DNA of 64,000 bases, from NCBI GenBank assembly GCA_026770705.1, contig JANJGN010000001.1, positions 128,588,001-128,652,000 on the forward strand. The letters run 5' to 3'. The notes under the pieces were generated by a model. That model saw only the letters and a program-made list of their open reading frames with translations, made no database searches and was not told the origin of the DNA. This stretch comes from Isurus oxyrinchus. Taxonomy: Eukaryota. Both the position numbers and the translations under genes were made by a program. Of this stretch, positions 50,011 to 62,370 are shown piece after piece (the stretch's first letter is position 1; each line of letters begins with the position of its first letter).

Positions 50011-51329
50011 TAAAAAATGGCCTACTCTTGTTCCTAATGCCGCCATGTTCAACAGGTTTATGCGTCCTGAATCACTCTGATGCTCTTTTAACCTTAATTC
50101 TGGCTCCCATACACCAAAGCTAAAGAGGGTCAACAGCCTCTTGATTGCCTTGTGTGGCTACTACTTCCCCATCATCCTCACATAATCCAAAAAAAAAGGG
50201 CTGGCAGAAAAATCCATAGAACACGAAGTACGATGGAGGTTGATTCAAACAGTTCCAGGAACACTGAACTCAGCAGAGCAAGAACATGCCAAACAAAATG
50301 CCTCCTTGACACAACCGGTGGAGTCAGCATTGAGGCACTAAACAGAATGGTGCCTTGTCCATCACACGGAATAAAAAAAATTGCTGGCATGGGAAGCTCA
50401 GTCTCTGAATTCTGCTGACATTCCACAAGCTTTGTCTTTGAGCTTTCATGACTCGATTAAATTATGGCCTGTATTTCACTTCAGCCGTTTATTAAACCAG
50501 ACTGCACTTCTGCTGAATCATTGCTGATGTTACCACAAGGAAATTGCATTGGTAACAGAAACGTGTAAAATCTTCAACAGAACATCAAAGCAACCTTAAA
50601 TTATTTCAACCTCCCTTAATGCTGAACAAGCCATTTAGCATCATTTGCCGATTATTTTATGCCAAAGGGTTGAAATGTTTCTATGTTGACTGTAAATATA
50701 ACTGAATATGTCTTGCACTCGTATGCACATGCAATATTCATAGAAAACAACTTTCTGGTAGTCAAATTTAGATTATTTGAAAAAAATAATTAAATAGGCC
50801 TCAACAAAATCCTGACTCCTTCCTAATCTAGTTCTCATGTATCAGGCTTGGGCCAAGTTCCTTTCTGGAACTTGGTTTTGTATAGTTAATTAAACTTATT
50901 TTAGAGTTGAAATACTATGGCTGCCTTCTGCATTTATTGTGGAATGTGATTCTGACTCACCACTTCTATACCACGTGACTGGGAAGTAGGAAATAAACAG
51001 GGGCTCGAACAGTAAAAGCTCGCATATGCTCAAAATTGTAAATACCTAATAATATGCCTGCCCTTAAATATACATGTCTAATATTGGATTCCATTTAGTG
51101 AGCATGGATTTGAACTGAATTAATTTGCAGTGATTTATCATATTTACCAAAACTTGAATTGTAGGCAAATGAAGAATAATGGGGCCAAAGGTGAACTCCT
51201 TATAAAACAAAATATCCTGAAATAATTTTACTTATAACCTTTTCTTGAGATTTTGGTGACAATTCACAATCACAGTTCATTATAATCATCTGAGGCTCTC
51301 AGTGAAGTAATATACTCGTAAGACATGAT

Positions 51330-51750
51330 CAGGTCTCAGGTACCCAGTTCTGGTAGTCAAGTCGACACTCAAGCACTGGAGGCTATGCAGAGAAGAGCCA
51401 TGAGCCTCACCCCCCAGAGATCAGAGTTATGAAGAAAGGAAACTTAAAGGAGACAATCTGAGAGGTGATTTTACCACAGTGTACAAGGGTGTTCAGAGAG
51501 TGGAGCTCATAATCCAAGAGTATCATTTTAAATTTAACTGCAAGGCCTGTAAAAAAGGGACAAAGGTGGTTCAAACTTGCATAAAGCCATTTGAGGACAT
51601 AGCAAGAAACTTTTCTTCAATCAAAAAGTATGGAATAAGCTTCTAGATCAGGTAGTGGAGGCATTTAAGAAAGAATTGGACTGCAATTGGATCACTTCAG
51701 AACCTTTCAGAATGGATGAATTAAGCTGGGCTGATCATTCATAATTACCT
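51330..51750 (+). mobile_element. Old CR1 fragment
   Basis: cagttctgg...ctggaggctatgcagagaagagcc...tggaataagcttc. Confidence 0.5.
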
Positions 51751-52435
51751 TTCAATTCAGTAGTTACTTCAAGATACCCATGATTCTCTATGTACAATAT
51801 GAAGGCATAAATGGTATGCACTGACGATATATAATCTAAGCATACATATTATACATGCAATTTGTCAAGTATACATATTACCAGGTAAGGTTGAGTGTGA
51901 ATATTATTGTTGACAAAATACTTTAACCATCTTCATGTTTGGATAATATTACTCTTGTAGATATTACTTGTTTGTGAGAGGGGCTGAGTATAATGGCTGT
52001 CCTTCTCACTTTTGATGAGTAAAAACACATGTGATTGACCAGTGGCATTACAGATACGATCATGTCTACCATTGTATTCTGAGTGATTTAATTCCTGGCC
52101 ATAGCCAGTGAATACCTCTTTTTCAGAAGAAGATGTAAAATGGAGGATGGGAGGCGGAAGAATAAAACACGTAAACCATTTATTTCAAGAGTGAGAAAAT
52201 GTTAGAAAAGATCGGGTGTTTTACATTTGACAGGTAGTAAACCACAGTAAAGCTACAAAAACATTGAAGAAACAGGGAAGAGAGAACCAGGGACAAAATG
52301 GAAAGAAAGGCAAACACAGTTAATTCTTAAATCTTTATGTAAAATTATACTTTAAGGGTTCAATTCAGTTGGGTAATAACATTATTCCTGATTATTACTA
52401 CAATACCGGTATTAGGTTTCTGGAATTGAATGTTC

Positions 52436-52545
52436 CTTGGCCTGAAACATTAACTCTGTTTTTCTTTCCCTGGGTGCTGACAGATCTGCTGAGTATTTCC
52501 AGCATTTCCCGTTTTAATTTAAGATTTAAGCAGTGTTTTGCTTTT
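52436..52545 (+). mobile_element. Remnant of a second Penelope-type tail family
   Basis: cctgaaacattaactctgtttttct...gctgacagatctgctgagtatttccagcattt resembles a common shark retroelement tail. The 5' half of any hammerhead is missing. Confidence 0.4.
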
Positions 52546-54019
52546 GAAAACTTATAACCTTGGTTGGCTCAGCAAGGAAGGGGTTTCCCTGGGCAGTCTA
52601 AGGGTTAACTAAATTTCAATTACATCAGTGATATGCTCTAAACGATTAAACAAATGTAAGCTTCATTTTCACCTGTGACTGGGCCAAACGCTAATTGTGA
52701 AGTGGCCCATATTTCAGCGCAAAAGGCCTGATCATTTAGTTTGAGATTTCAGCACCAAGGACAACTCTTGCTTTTTATTTGGACCTGTCACCAAGCTCTG
52801 CTCTCCCAGGGGTCTCCTTTCACCGTCAAACGAGCCAATATTTGGATGTCGCTTTGAAGTACGAAGCAGTGATGGGGCTGCCAGCTGATCGTTTCTGGAA
52901 ATGCCATCTCTGTAAACTGTGCCTCCTCCTGAGCCCTGGGAGGCAGCCTCACTGACATAATCGTACAAAGCGTGTTAAACACAGTCAAGTGGCCACGAAG
53001 CGTATTTTCTGGTGGTTGAATGTCAAAGTGAATGAAGCAATCCCCTTTCGGGAGGGGAGGGAAAGTGGGGGCGATGATAAGGCTGGTGTGAAATATTTCC
53101 CAACTTTTTGCCACAGGAAACTTTCTTGCCTCTGCTGGTGATATGGAACTGTTTTCCAGTTACACTAAATACTCATCCAGCACAAAGGCAAAAGGTCCAA
53201 CCTTCTCTCATTGATGTTGCAACAGAAAGATGGACAGACTGATAAAAAAAAAGCACAAACAACAGATGGATTTATACTTTGTAAGTGCTGGTGTCTTTAT
53301 CCGCCAGGAAAATATCTATGTAGGATGAGCAGATGGTGAGGTTTAATTGGGAGTTATGGATAATTAAAATTATACAATTCCTCTTTATCACATACTGACC
53401 TAGTTCCAATTGAAATTTGAAAAGGAAACGTCAGTCTTTAAGACCATGTGCCATGCTGGATCGGTGCTACTAAAGTGTACTAGCTATACATAAAAATAAC
53501 ACACACACATTGTGACACTGCTGGTAAGAAACAGCACACTAGGGAGTTGCAGGCTGCAGATCCTTCACAAGGGCGACACATTTACTAGGAAGTCATTAGA
53601 ATCTATTACCCAAATGAGATATCAGCTGCACTGAATCATGAACAATAGGATTACATACGTGGTATCAATAATTGGATACATAAAGAAGCCATGTAAGGTA
53701 ACATAAGGAACAGGAGCCAGCCATTCAGCAATGGGCAAGAAGCAGACAGTACCTAACCAGTCTGCGCTTGCAAAACTCAAAACACAATGTCCCACATTAG
53801 GTGCAATTTCGTGATTGGACAACATTTGCTAAATAATTTTCAGTGTGTTAAGAATTACACTGACAAGTAATCTAAGATTGTCAGTCAGGCTCACAGTGTG
53901 GCTATGTATATTAAAAGACAAGACCCTGTTCTTTGCAGATAGAAAGAACATGTACACACATTGCACATGTTTCAGCTAAACAAAATAGGTAACAGCTGTT
54001 TGCTGACTCATTCCTCAGG

Positions 54020-54290
54020 GCAATGCCTTGACCAATGAGAGTTAAACTGTCTGATTTAAATTTCAAACAAAGCTTGGCAGTTAACTGTCAGCCACCTTCA
54101 ACTGTTGCAGTCTCAATGGTGATGCCTCTGCCAGTGTCCACATGCCAACCAATCAGCATTCTCTTCTCATACAGTATAAATTTGTTGGTTTCCCTTACAT
54201 TGGTATTCTTGCGAATTGTCCTGATGAGTGCAAGACGAAAAGCTTTAACAAAATGTCTCTTTTATCAGCAATATTCAAGTTCTGTACTTG
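54020..54290 (+). mobile_element. Penelope-like retroelement terminal fragment (longer copy)
   Basis: CCAAT-like (ccaatcagc) and TATA-like (gtataaat) boxes precede the hammerhead core. Shared with 32900-33030. Confidence 0.55.
54216..54251 (+). ncRNA. Minimal type I hammerhead ribozyme fold, second copy
   Basis: TTGTC CTGATGA GTGCAAGAC GAAA AGCTT T AACAA. One stem I mismatch next to the cleavage site. Confidence 0.6.
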
Positions 54291-54944
54291 ACTATCAGGT
54301 GCTTATAGTAAACTGGACCAAAAGGCTGAAAACAACAATATTCACTGTGATCATTGTAATTCAAATCTTTGCTATTCTTTATTTTACTTTATATTACTTT
54401 CACTCATATCCACTCCATGGAATTTTCTTCTTCCCTGCTTTGTGCATTATTGCCTGGCTGAAAGTGGGTTGCGGGGTGGAGGGGAGCAACTGCTCTCTGT
54501 CTAGTCCCCTGCCAACCACCAACAATTGCACAAAGCTTCAGATTTGACTTTCCCCATCACCCAGGAACTGCCTCTGTCTATCACATCCTCAGGCAATGGT
54601 TCAATGGATAAACTCAACTCCTTTCACTCTGGGTTTGGGCAGAGAGAAGTTATCAGAGCTCTCCATAGTGTTGGCCTCTTCCCAGGGCACTGCAGCTGAG
54701 ACAATACATCAACAGCCTACTTTCACCTGCTCATGGCTGGCAACTAGTGAATACAAATGATGGTCTGCAGCCTATACCAACAATCTCGCCCCTTTGTAGG
54801 GAGATGCCCCTCCTTCCCACAGCAGCACAGCCAAGATAAAGAACTCAGAATGTAGATGATGAGACTTGCAACCATGGCAACATATCACTGTTCTGATATA
54901 GGTTGGAAATGTTGTCAACTGTGATGGGGATAGCCTTGAACTTC

Positions 54945-55790
54945 AAAAGGACACAGGCATGTTGGTGGATTGGGCAGACAAGTGGCAGATGAAGTTCAAT
55001 GCAGAAAGTGTAAGGTGATTCATTTTGGCAGGAAAGATATGGCAAGACAGTATAAAATAAAGGGAGAATCTTTAAAGGGGGTGCAGGAACAAAGAGACCT
55101 CGGTGTGTATGTACTTAGGTCATTGAAGATGGCAGGGCATGTTGAAAGAGCAGTTAATAAAGCATACAGTATCTTAGACTTTATTAATAGGGGCATTGCG
55201 TACAAGAGTAAGGAGGTCATATTAAACTTGTATAATACACTAGTGAGGCCTCATCTGGAGTACTGCGTTCAGTTCTGGGCACCATACTTGAGGAAGGATG
55301 TGAAGGCATTGGAGAGAATACAGAGGAGATTGCCAAGAATGGGATGAAGTGCTGTAACTATGAGGATAGTTTGGAGAGGTTGGGACTGTTTTCCTCGGAG
55401 AAAAGAGGGCTGAGAGGAGACTTTGTAGAGATATTCAAGATCCTGAGGGGTATGGACAGGGTAAATAATGAGAAACTATTTCCACTCAAGGGAACATCAA
55501 GGACTAAAGGGTACAGATTCAAAATAATTGGCAAAAGCAGTAAGTGGGAAGAATGGAAATCAAATTTCACCCAAAGGGTAGTTGGAGTCTAGAACAAACT
55601 TCCTGAAAAGGTGGTGGAGGCAGGTTCAATCAAGGTATTCAAAAGGGAATTAGATTACTACCTGGAAAGAGAGAATGTGCAGGGTTACTGGGATAAGGCA
55701 GCTGAGTGGGACTAGGTGGAATGCTCTTTCAAAGAGCCAGTGCAGACTCGAAGGGCCAAATGGCCTCGTTCTGCACTGTTCGGACATTGT
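54945..55790 (+). mobile_element. CR1 LINE 3' fragment (RT C-terminus and 3'UTR), frameshifted
   Basis: Encodes WADKWQMKFNA / CKVIHFG / RDLGV / LVRPHLEYCVQFWAPYLRKD, which are CR1 ORF2 motifs. Confidence 0.9.
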
Positions 55791-55934
55791 GATATAAGGG
55801 TACCAATGCATCATAATTGGAAGCATAAAACAGGTACAGTAGTGAATCCGAAGCCCATTTTGAACTGCATTGCAATTTTTTATCCATTCACTTCAATGAA
55901 CTTCTCTGGACTTCCTCTGCTTAAACATCAAGAA

Positions 55935-56335
55935 ATGCGTTTCACAACCTTGGAACTTCCCCCAAGCTTTTTACAGCTAATTAAGTTCTTTTTATGTTCT
56001 TTTTCGGAGGTCACTGTTGTTATATAAGAAACACGACAGCCAAGTCGCACACAGCAAGATCCCACAAAGGTCATTGAAATGATGTCTGGTTAGTCTGCTG
56101 TAAATATTGGCATTTCAGAGCTCCCCTGCTCTTCTTCGAATACTGCTATGGGATCTTTTAGCTCCACTTGTGAGGGCAGATGGGGTCTCAGTTTAAGGTC
56201 TCATCTGGAAGGCGGTACCTCTCTCTCAGTACTGCACTGAAGTGTCAGTGATAATTTTGCACTCAAGTCTCTGGAGTGGGACTTGGATGCACAAGCTTCT
56301 AACTGCAGGTGTGACCACTAAGCCAGGGCTGACTC
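55935..56335 (-). mobile_element. Deu-domain SINE
   Basis: cacacagcaagatcccacaa...ctcagtactgcactgaagtgtcag...ggagtgggacttg. Confidence 0.65.
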
Positions 56336-58214
56336 CATAATCTAGTCCTCACATTTGCAGCATCAGTGGATCTCTCCTTTCATGATTTATTGTGGTTCCC
56401 TGGCCTCAAAGAGTTGTATCCTCCAGTCAGTTTCTCCCTACAGGCCCTGCTGCTTCTTTAAGGTCCAACACTCTTATCTCATTTCCAATAGGCTCGATCA
56501 TACTTCTTGCCATCACAGGTCTTGAAAGCAGCCTTTTCTAGTGTAAAACAGCTCTATATTGTGCTCTACAATCAGAATGGGGCAGCATAGAACTCCTTCA
56601 TTAGAAGACTGATGCAGTGCCCACACATCATTCAGAGCCAAATGCATCTTTCTTTGTAGTTATTAACTAATTGGTAGCTATTCTTTACAGTCCATTTTGA
56701 AGCATTCATTCCATCCCTTGTCATGAGGCTTCAATCTGAACACACCGAGGTAGAGCAAGCGCCAGTATGAAACTCTGAAATATTGTCGTAACAAAACTTT
56801 TTTTTTAAAAGGCCATTCACTGCTTAGCCACGGCTTTATCTCCCGGTATGCATGTTGCTATCTAAAGAAATTGCTGATGACAGAGAAAGATTATCTCTAA
56901 TCTGTCTCAAACTGCTGTGCAGCTTCTCTGAGGTAACATTTTAACTCGCATAATAGCCACATCAGAGGGGCAGTGAACTGAAGGCACCTTTCAGACTCGG
57001 TAACCGATTGCAACTCTCCACCGAAACACCATGATTCGATTCAAAGCAGAATCCGATGGCTCTGGTTCAAAGTCAATGTTTATGGATTGCCTGCAAAGCT
57101 GCCTCAGCTTGGGTTAGCCCACTGAATACCAATGGAGCCAGTTGGAACCAAATCTATTCAAATCACATTGAAAAAAGGAGTTATCTCAGCCTTTTTAGTG
57201 TTAAAACACAAACCGTACATCAATAGGTCTATTGATGGATTAAAACTTGAAGAGGTAAGTCTTATCGCCATTGCAGGACTGGCTTTGATGATGTCTGGTA
57301 TATAAGATAGCCTATAATTACTCATATCCTTTGGGCCCGAAACATTATCTAATTTTAAGACTTCATGTAGCTTTCAAATTGTAAAGCAAAAGAAAATCAC
57401 TCATGACATAGTCAAGCCTGTGAATTATGGCGAGCCAATGCCGATCGGTTGATGTTGGTAGGGTGTCTGCTCAGTTAAGTCAACATTGCCTAAACCTTAA
57501 ACTAAGTCAGCTTCATGTTAAACCATCAAACAATAAATATGGAACACTCTCTACTTGCTGCACAAATTAAACAACACAATGTCCTGGAGATACTGCAGCC
57601 TTGGACAGTCGTGCCAAGCGAGTGATGGTGAATTGCCATCAACTGGAAAAGAAACAAAATGGGGTGGGGTTGTAAAGTGGGCAGCCGTTCCTCATTCCTG
57701 TGTGAAATGAGTTTGACCCTCACTAACTCCAGCAGTAAAAAAGAGCAAACAAAGCAGTGACTATATTGACCCCGAGAAGCAAGTGCTCATGCCTGTTAAA
57801 AGATCATATCCCTTCCCTAATGATAACTGACAAATAATTGCACAAATGGATGTTCCAATGTTTTAAGGGCTGGAATCAGAGTTAATAGAAACTATCAGCA
57901 TCTCTCTCCTGTCCCTTCCTCCACACAAACACTGGAGCAGTTAATCTTTAGGCCACATGCGATCAAAGTTGAGTCAAGCTCAATTTAATATATAGGACAC
58001 TGAGTATATAATTGTCTATTAGATCAAGCACTCTACCTTGGGCCTCAATATTATGCTTCATGCACAGCACATGTTAAACACTAAAAGGATTCCCTAGGCA
58101 CACAGTATTGCACCAACACTGCCATTTTTGAAATGGGAGTGGTGGATGAAGGCCCGTTACCCGCATTTTTGCTGGAAAATGTTTTCAAGATCGGGTTCCA
58201 CGTCACTTAGCATG

Positions 58215-58670
58215 TCAGCCGTGGCTGAGCTGGCAGAACGCTTGCCTCAGGGTCAGAAGGTTCAAGTCTCACTCCAGCGCTTGAGTGCAAAATTCAAGGC
58301 TGACACTCCACGGCAGTATTGAGGGTGTGCTGCACTGTTGGAGGTGCTGGCTTTTGCATGAGGCATTAAACCGAGTTCCCATCTGCCCTCAGAGGTTGAT
58401 ACAAAAGATCCCAAGGCGCTATTTCGAAGAAGAACAGGGGAGCGAGTTCTCCCCCCGTATCCTGGTCAATATTTGTCCCTCAATGAACATTGTAAGAGCA
58501 GATTATCTGGTCATTTATCATATTGCTATTTGTGGGAGCTTGCTATGCACAAACTGGCTGCCGTGTTTCCTACATTATAACATGGACTAGACTTCAAAAG
58601 TGCTCCATTGGCTGCAAAGTGCTTTCAGACGTGCAATGGTCGTGAAGGGCGACATATAAATGCAAGTTCC
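58215..58670 (+). mobile_element. Deu-domain SINE (SacSINE1/AmnSINE1-like), near full length
   Basis: tRNA-like head (ggttcaagtctcactcc), Deu core gctgcactgttggaggtgc...ttaaaccgag, tail tataaatgcaagt. Confidence 0.75.
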
Positions 58671-60129
58671 TTCTCTACAGTGAAGGCAAGATCAGTGTTT
58701 AAAAAAATGTGCTGCATGTGACTGGAAGGGTTATTGTCTAAATGTGCCACATATGGAGACGCAAGATCAGCTCCGTTTAACTAATATGGTTAATTTGCTG
58801 AGCTGCACAGTAATCTATTACAGTAGGTGAGATCGTCCTTCTGATAGCGGACCACAGAGTCAGCAAGGTCGCAGCTATTTCCTTTACCCAGCTCCCCCTC
58901 CACCCACCCCTGCAACCCAGCACCCACCACCCTCCCCCCACCATAAACCGCAAATGATCTTGAGAAGGGACTGGCTTCCAGATTTCTGACTGCAGCAGAC
59001 TATTATATTACTGCTTAGATAAGCTGACGTTGACCTTTCCAGTTCTGTTTTTGGAATAAAGTAAATACGAATCAATAGATGGAGAATAGAAAACGTATCC
59101 AGGAAAAGTAACGAGGCCTGTCGTGACACTGCAGATATCCTTCTGCAGTAAGACGAGACACCCATCGAAACAGAATTGAGATTGGTCACTTGCAACAGAC
59201 TGGGGAATGGGGGAAGGTGCCTCTGAGGACACCGGTAGCAGAATTCAAAGAAAATGAGGATCTAGGCAGTTTACTGACTAGCTTAACCAGTTGAATCAGA
59301 CCAAGTCAATTCCGAGATTTCCCTGGTTAAAAGTTGACTCATTTAAACCTAAGTCCGATGTCTATACTTTACAGAACTCTGATATATAACTCATAAAAGA
59401 AGCCAATATTCCTAAGTCCGATGCTGCTCCCGAACATACAATGGTGGAGAGAAGCCAGTGTACACTTCACCATTCTGGCCAACAATTAAACTGATTCAGT
59501 CAAGTGTATCCATTACTGTTGGCTTTTGCAGATCTGTTTTTCAACCGTTAAACAGGATCGTGACGGAAATAAGGAGGAGGAAAGCAGGAAGAGAGGAAGG
59601 CTATGAGTAGATTTTAAAGATAATTAATTAGTAATGGATCTGCACAGTCATCTGATTAATGTTTCCCAGCTCCGAGCATTGAAAAATCAGTCTGAATGAA
59701 GTTAATGAAAGAGCAAGAGGAACGGAGAACAAAACACACAAGCATAGTGCATGAATGGGCCATTTACTTAAGACTACATGTTCTGGTACAAATAACTCTA
59801 CTAAGACAGTTTCATGTTTTAAAATTGATTTGTTGCTCCGAAATTACCTGCCTAGCATTCAACCCCAGGCTGGGAGTGCAATTAAAAAAGAAGGAATAAA
59901 ATAAGAGACAAGAGTGTCCTTTCCTCCACCCCTGAGTATAATAAAAGCATCATTAGTTTGAACGCTTTGATAGCAATTTTCACACATATATTGCAATATC
60001 ATAGGTTTCCTGCAGGGCCTTGGGAAATGAGCAGTTATTTCCATTACGTATTTAGCACCACTGTTAGGAGAGCTCTGGTGACTGAAAGAGTTGCTGCCTT
60101 CCACAATAGAAAATAAATAAACTAGAAGC

Positions 60130-60350
60130 ATACAACCATTCGGCCCATTGTGCCTGTGCTGGCTCTTTGAAAGAACTATCCAATCAGTCCCATTGCCCTA
60201 CTACTTCTCTGCAGCCCAGCAGATCTTTCATTTTTAAGCAAAGATCCAATTTGCTTTTGGAAGTTACTGTTGGATCTGTCACCACTCCACCCCTCTCCTT
60301 GTGGGCATTCCAGATCATAATAACTTGCTGCATAAAAACAATGTTCCTTT
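60130..60350 (-). mobile_element. CR1 3' fragment
   Basis: Reverse complement resembles 55560-55780 (ctctttgaaagaac, ccattcggccc). Confidence 0.6.
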
Positions 60351-61264
60351 TGTCTCCTGTTTGGCTAATAACACAAATTATTTTCACTATCATCCTCTAA
60401 ACATTGGCATCCATTTTCCATTTCCAGGAAGCAATGTATTGCACAGTTAATCTCCTTAATGGGTGTTTTTGCTACATTTTGTGCTCATTAAAGTTAATAC
60501 TGGCAAATTGAACATTTCCTATTTCAGGCACCCAGAGACAGCATCAAAGGCTCTCAGGTCATTTAATAGCACAGTTAGATGTAGAATAAGGCGCTGTCTA
60601 CTCTGTCCCAATAAGGTACCTCAATTCCAATCTCAGTAAAGCATCCCTGATTCACCAATGTAGCATTTTTACCCCTTTTACCCGGTGTCCCGTGTCACAA
60701 TGCAAATTTTTGGATAGCGCTGTTCCATCGGCCCCTCCCTCACAAAGAATTGGGATCAGGAAGAAAGGTTCAATTTAAAAAATATATTTTTAGGATGTGA
60801 GCAATACTGGCAAAGCAACATTTATTAGTCATCCCCATAGCCCTGAGAGCATTATGAATCAACTATAATCTGTTGGAATAGAGTCACGTGTGTTCATTAT
60901 ATATTAATTGAGTGCTTATTGTATTCAGGTGGTGGAAATTAACTGGGGATTCGTTTGGACTCCTAACAATAGAAGCAGACCAAAATTGTGGTTATCGAGT
61001 TAGGAGGTGCATGTTTGGAACATGTGTTTCTGCAATAAAAGCTTGTAAGTATGTAAAGGTTAGGCTCCAGTTCTATCCTTCATCGCCTTACTATCCAGAA
61101 TGGAACAACATGTAGGGGAGGGAAGGGGAGGGGAGGGAGGCTCCCTTCCCTGAAGTTGGCTTGACAATAAAGCAACTCTTAGAGCCATTTATTGGTGTCA
61201 ACCCACACCTCATCTGATCTTTGAGCTCAATCTCACAAACAGCTAATCCAGAATTAGAAGTCCG

Positions 61265-62370
61265 CTAGGAGAACTGTATACACCAGTTAGACGGCAGCTG
61301 CAGTACTACATTCACTTCTGGTCACCGCTTTACAGGAGGTATGGGATTGCACTAGAGAGAGGGTATTTATGAGGGTATTTCAGATGGCGTGATTTCCTGC
61401 CCCATCACCTGAAGAGTCGGCGGGAACACACCCCGATGAACACAATAGCCCCACAGCCAGTTAGCACTCCAAAGAGCGTTAATTTTCCAGCAACGGGACT
61501 TCTGCCCCTCGCTCCGATGGAATTCCCACCTCAGGGAGCTACTGGCCAATCCGACTGGCTGGCAGCTCTGTAGTCCCAGCAGGACAAGGGGCAGGAGTGG
61601 CCAGGACTGGGACGACAAGCAGTCCCCAGATTCTACATCCCTGAGTTCAGGACCAGCTAAGTGTGGAGGCTCTCACAGAGGGGAAGGGAGAGAGAGGGTG
61701 GGGGTCTTGGTGGAGGAAGGGGCAAGAGACCACCGGCGGGGAACAGACCTGGGGTGTTCTGCCAGAATTCCCCTGTCATTAAAATCCTCCCGACAGCCTC
61801 AAAATTGAGGCCGGATGGGAAGTGGCTGTGTGAAGGGCACCTGGGAATTTTACGGGCTCCCCCCACCTGCAAACTTACTGGCGGGAGACTACAAAGTTCT
61901 GCTTTAGCAATGGAGAATTGTATCTACGAGGACGAGTCGATCGGCTGGGGTATCAAACGCAGACAGCTAGAAAGAGAATTAACTGAGGTGCATAAAATTA
62001 TTAAGGGCCTAGATAACTTGGATAGTGGGGCCTGTTTCTGTTTGCAGAGAGGTCAATAACTAGGGTCAGGGGCAATGGGGAGGATAGATATAAAGTAAAT
62101 TGGTAGAAGGATTAGCAGGAGAGTTAAGGAGAATCTTTTACACCCCAGGGTGTATAGGAATCTGGAACTTACTGCCTGATAGGGTGGTAGAGGCAGAAAT
62201 GCTCACCACATTTAAAGAAAATACTTGCGTGTGCACTTAAAATGCTGTAACCTAAAGGACCAAGGACCAAGAGCTGGAAAGTGTGATTCGGCTCAATAGC
62301 TCATTTTTGGCTGGCACAGACATGATGGGCTGGAAGGTCTCCCTCTGTGCTGCAAAATTTTACATGTTTC
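61265..62370 (+). mobile_element. Degraded CR1 LINE 3' fragment split by an insertion
   Basis: gcagtactacattcacttctggtcacc...tctggaacttactgcctgatagggtggtagaggca, CR1-type 3' end. Confidence 0.7.
61372..61902. mobile_element. GC-rich TIR-family element nested in a CR1 LINE
   Basis: GC-rich block that interrupts otherwise colinear CR1 RT sequence. Confidence 0.5.
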
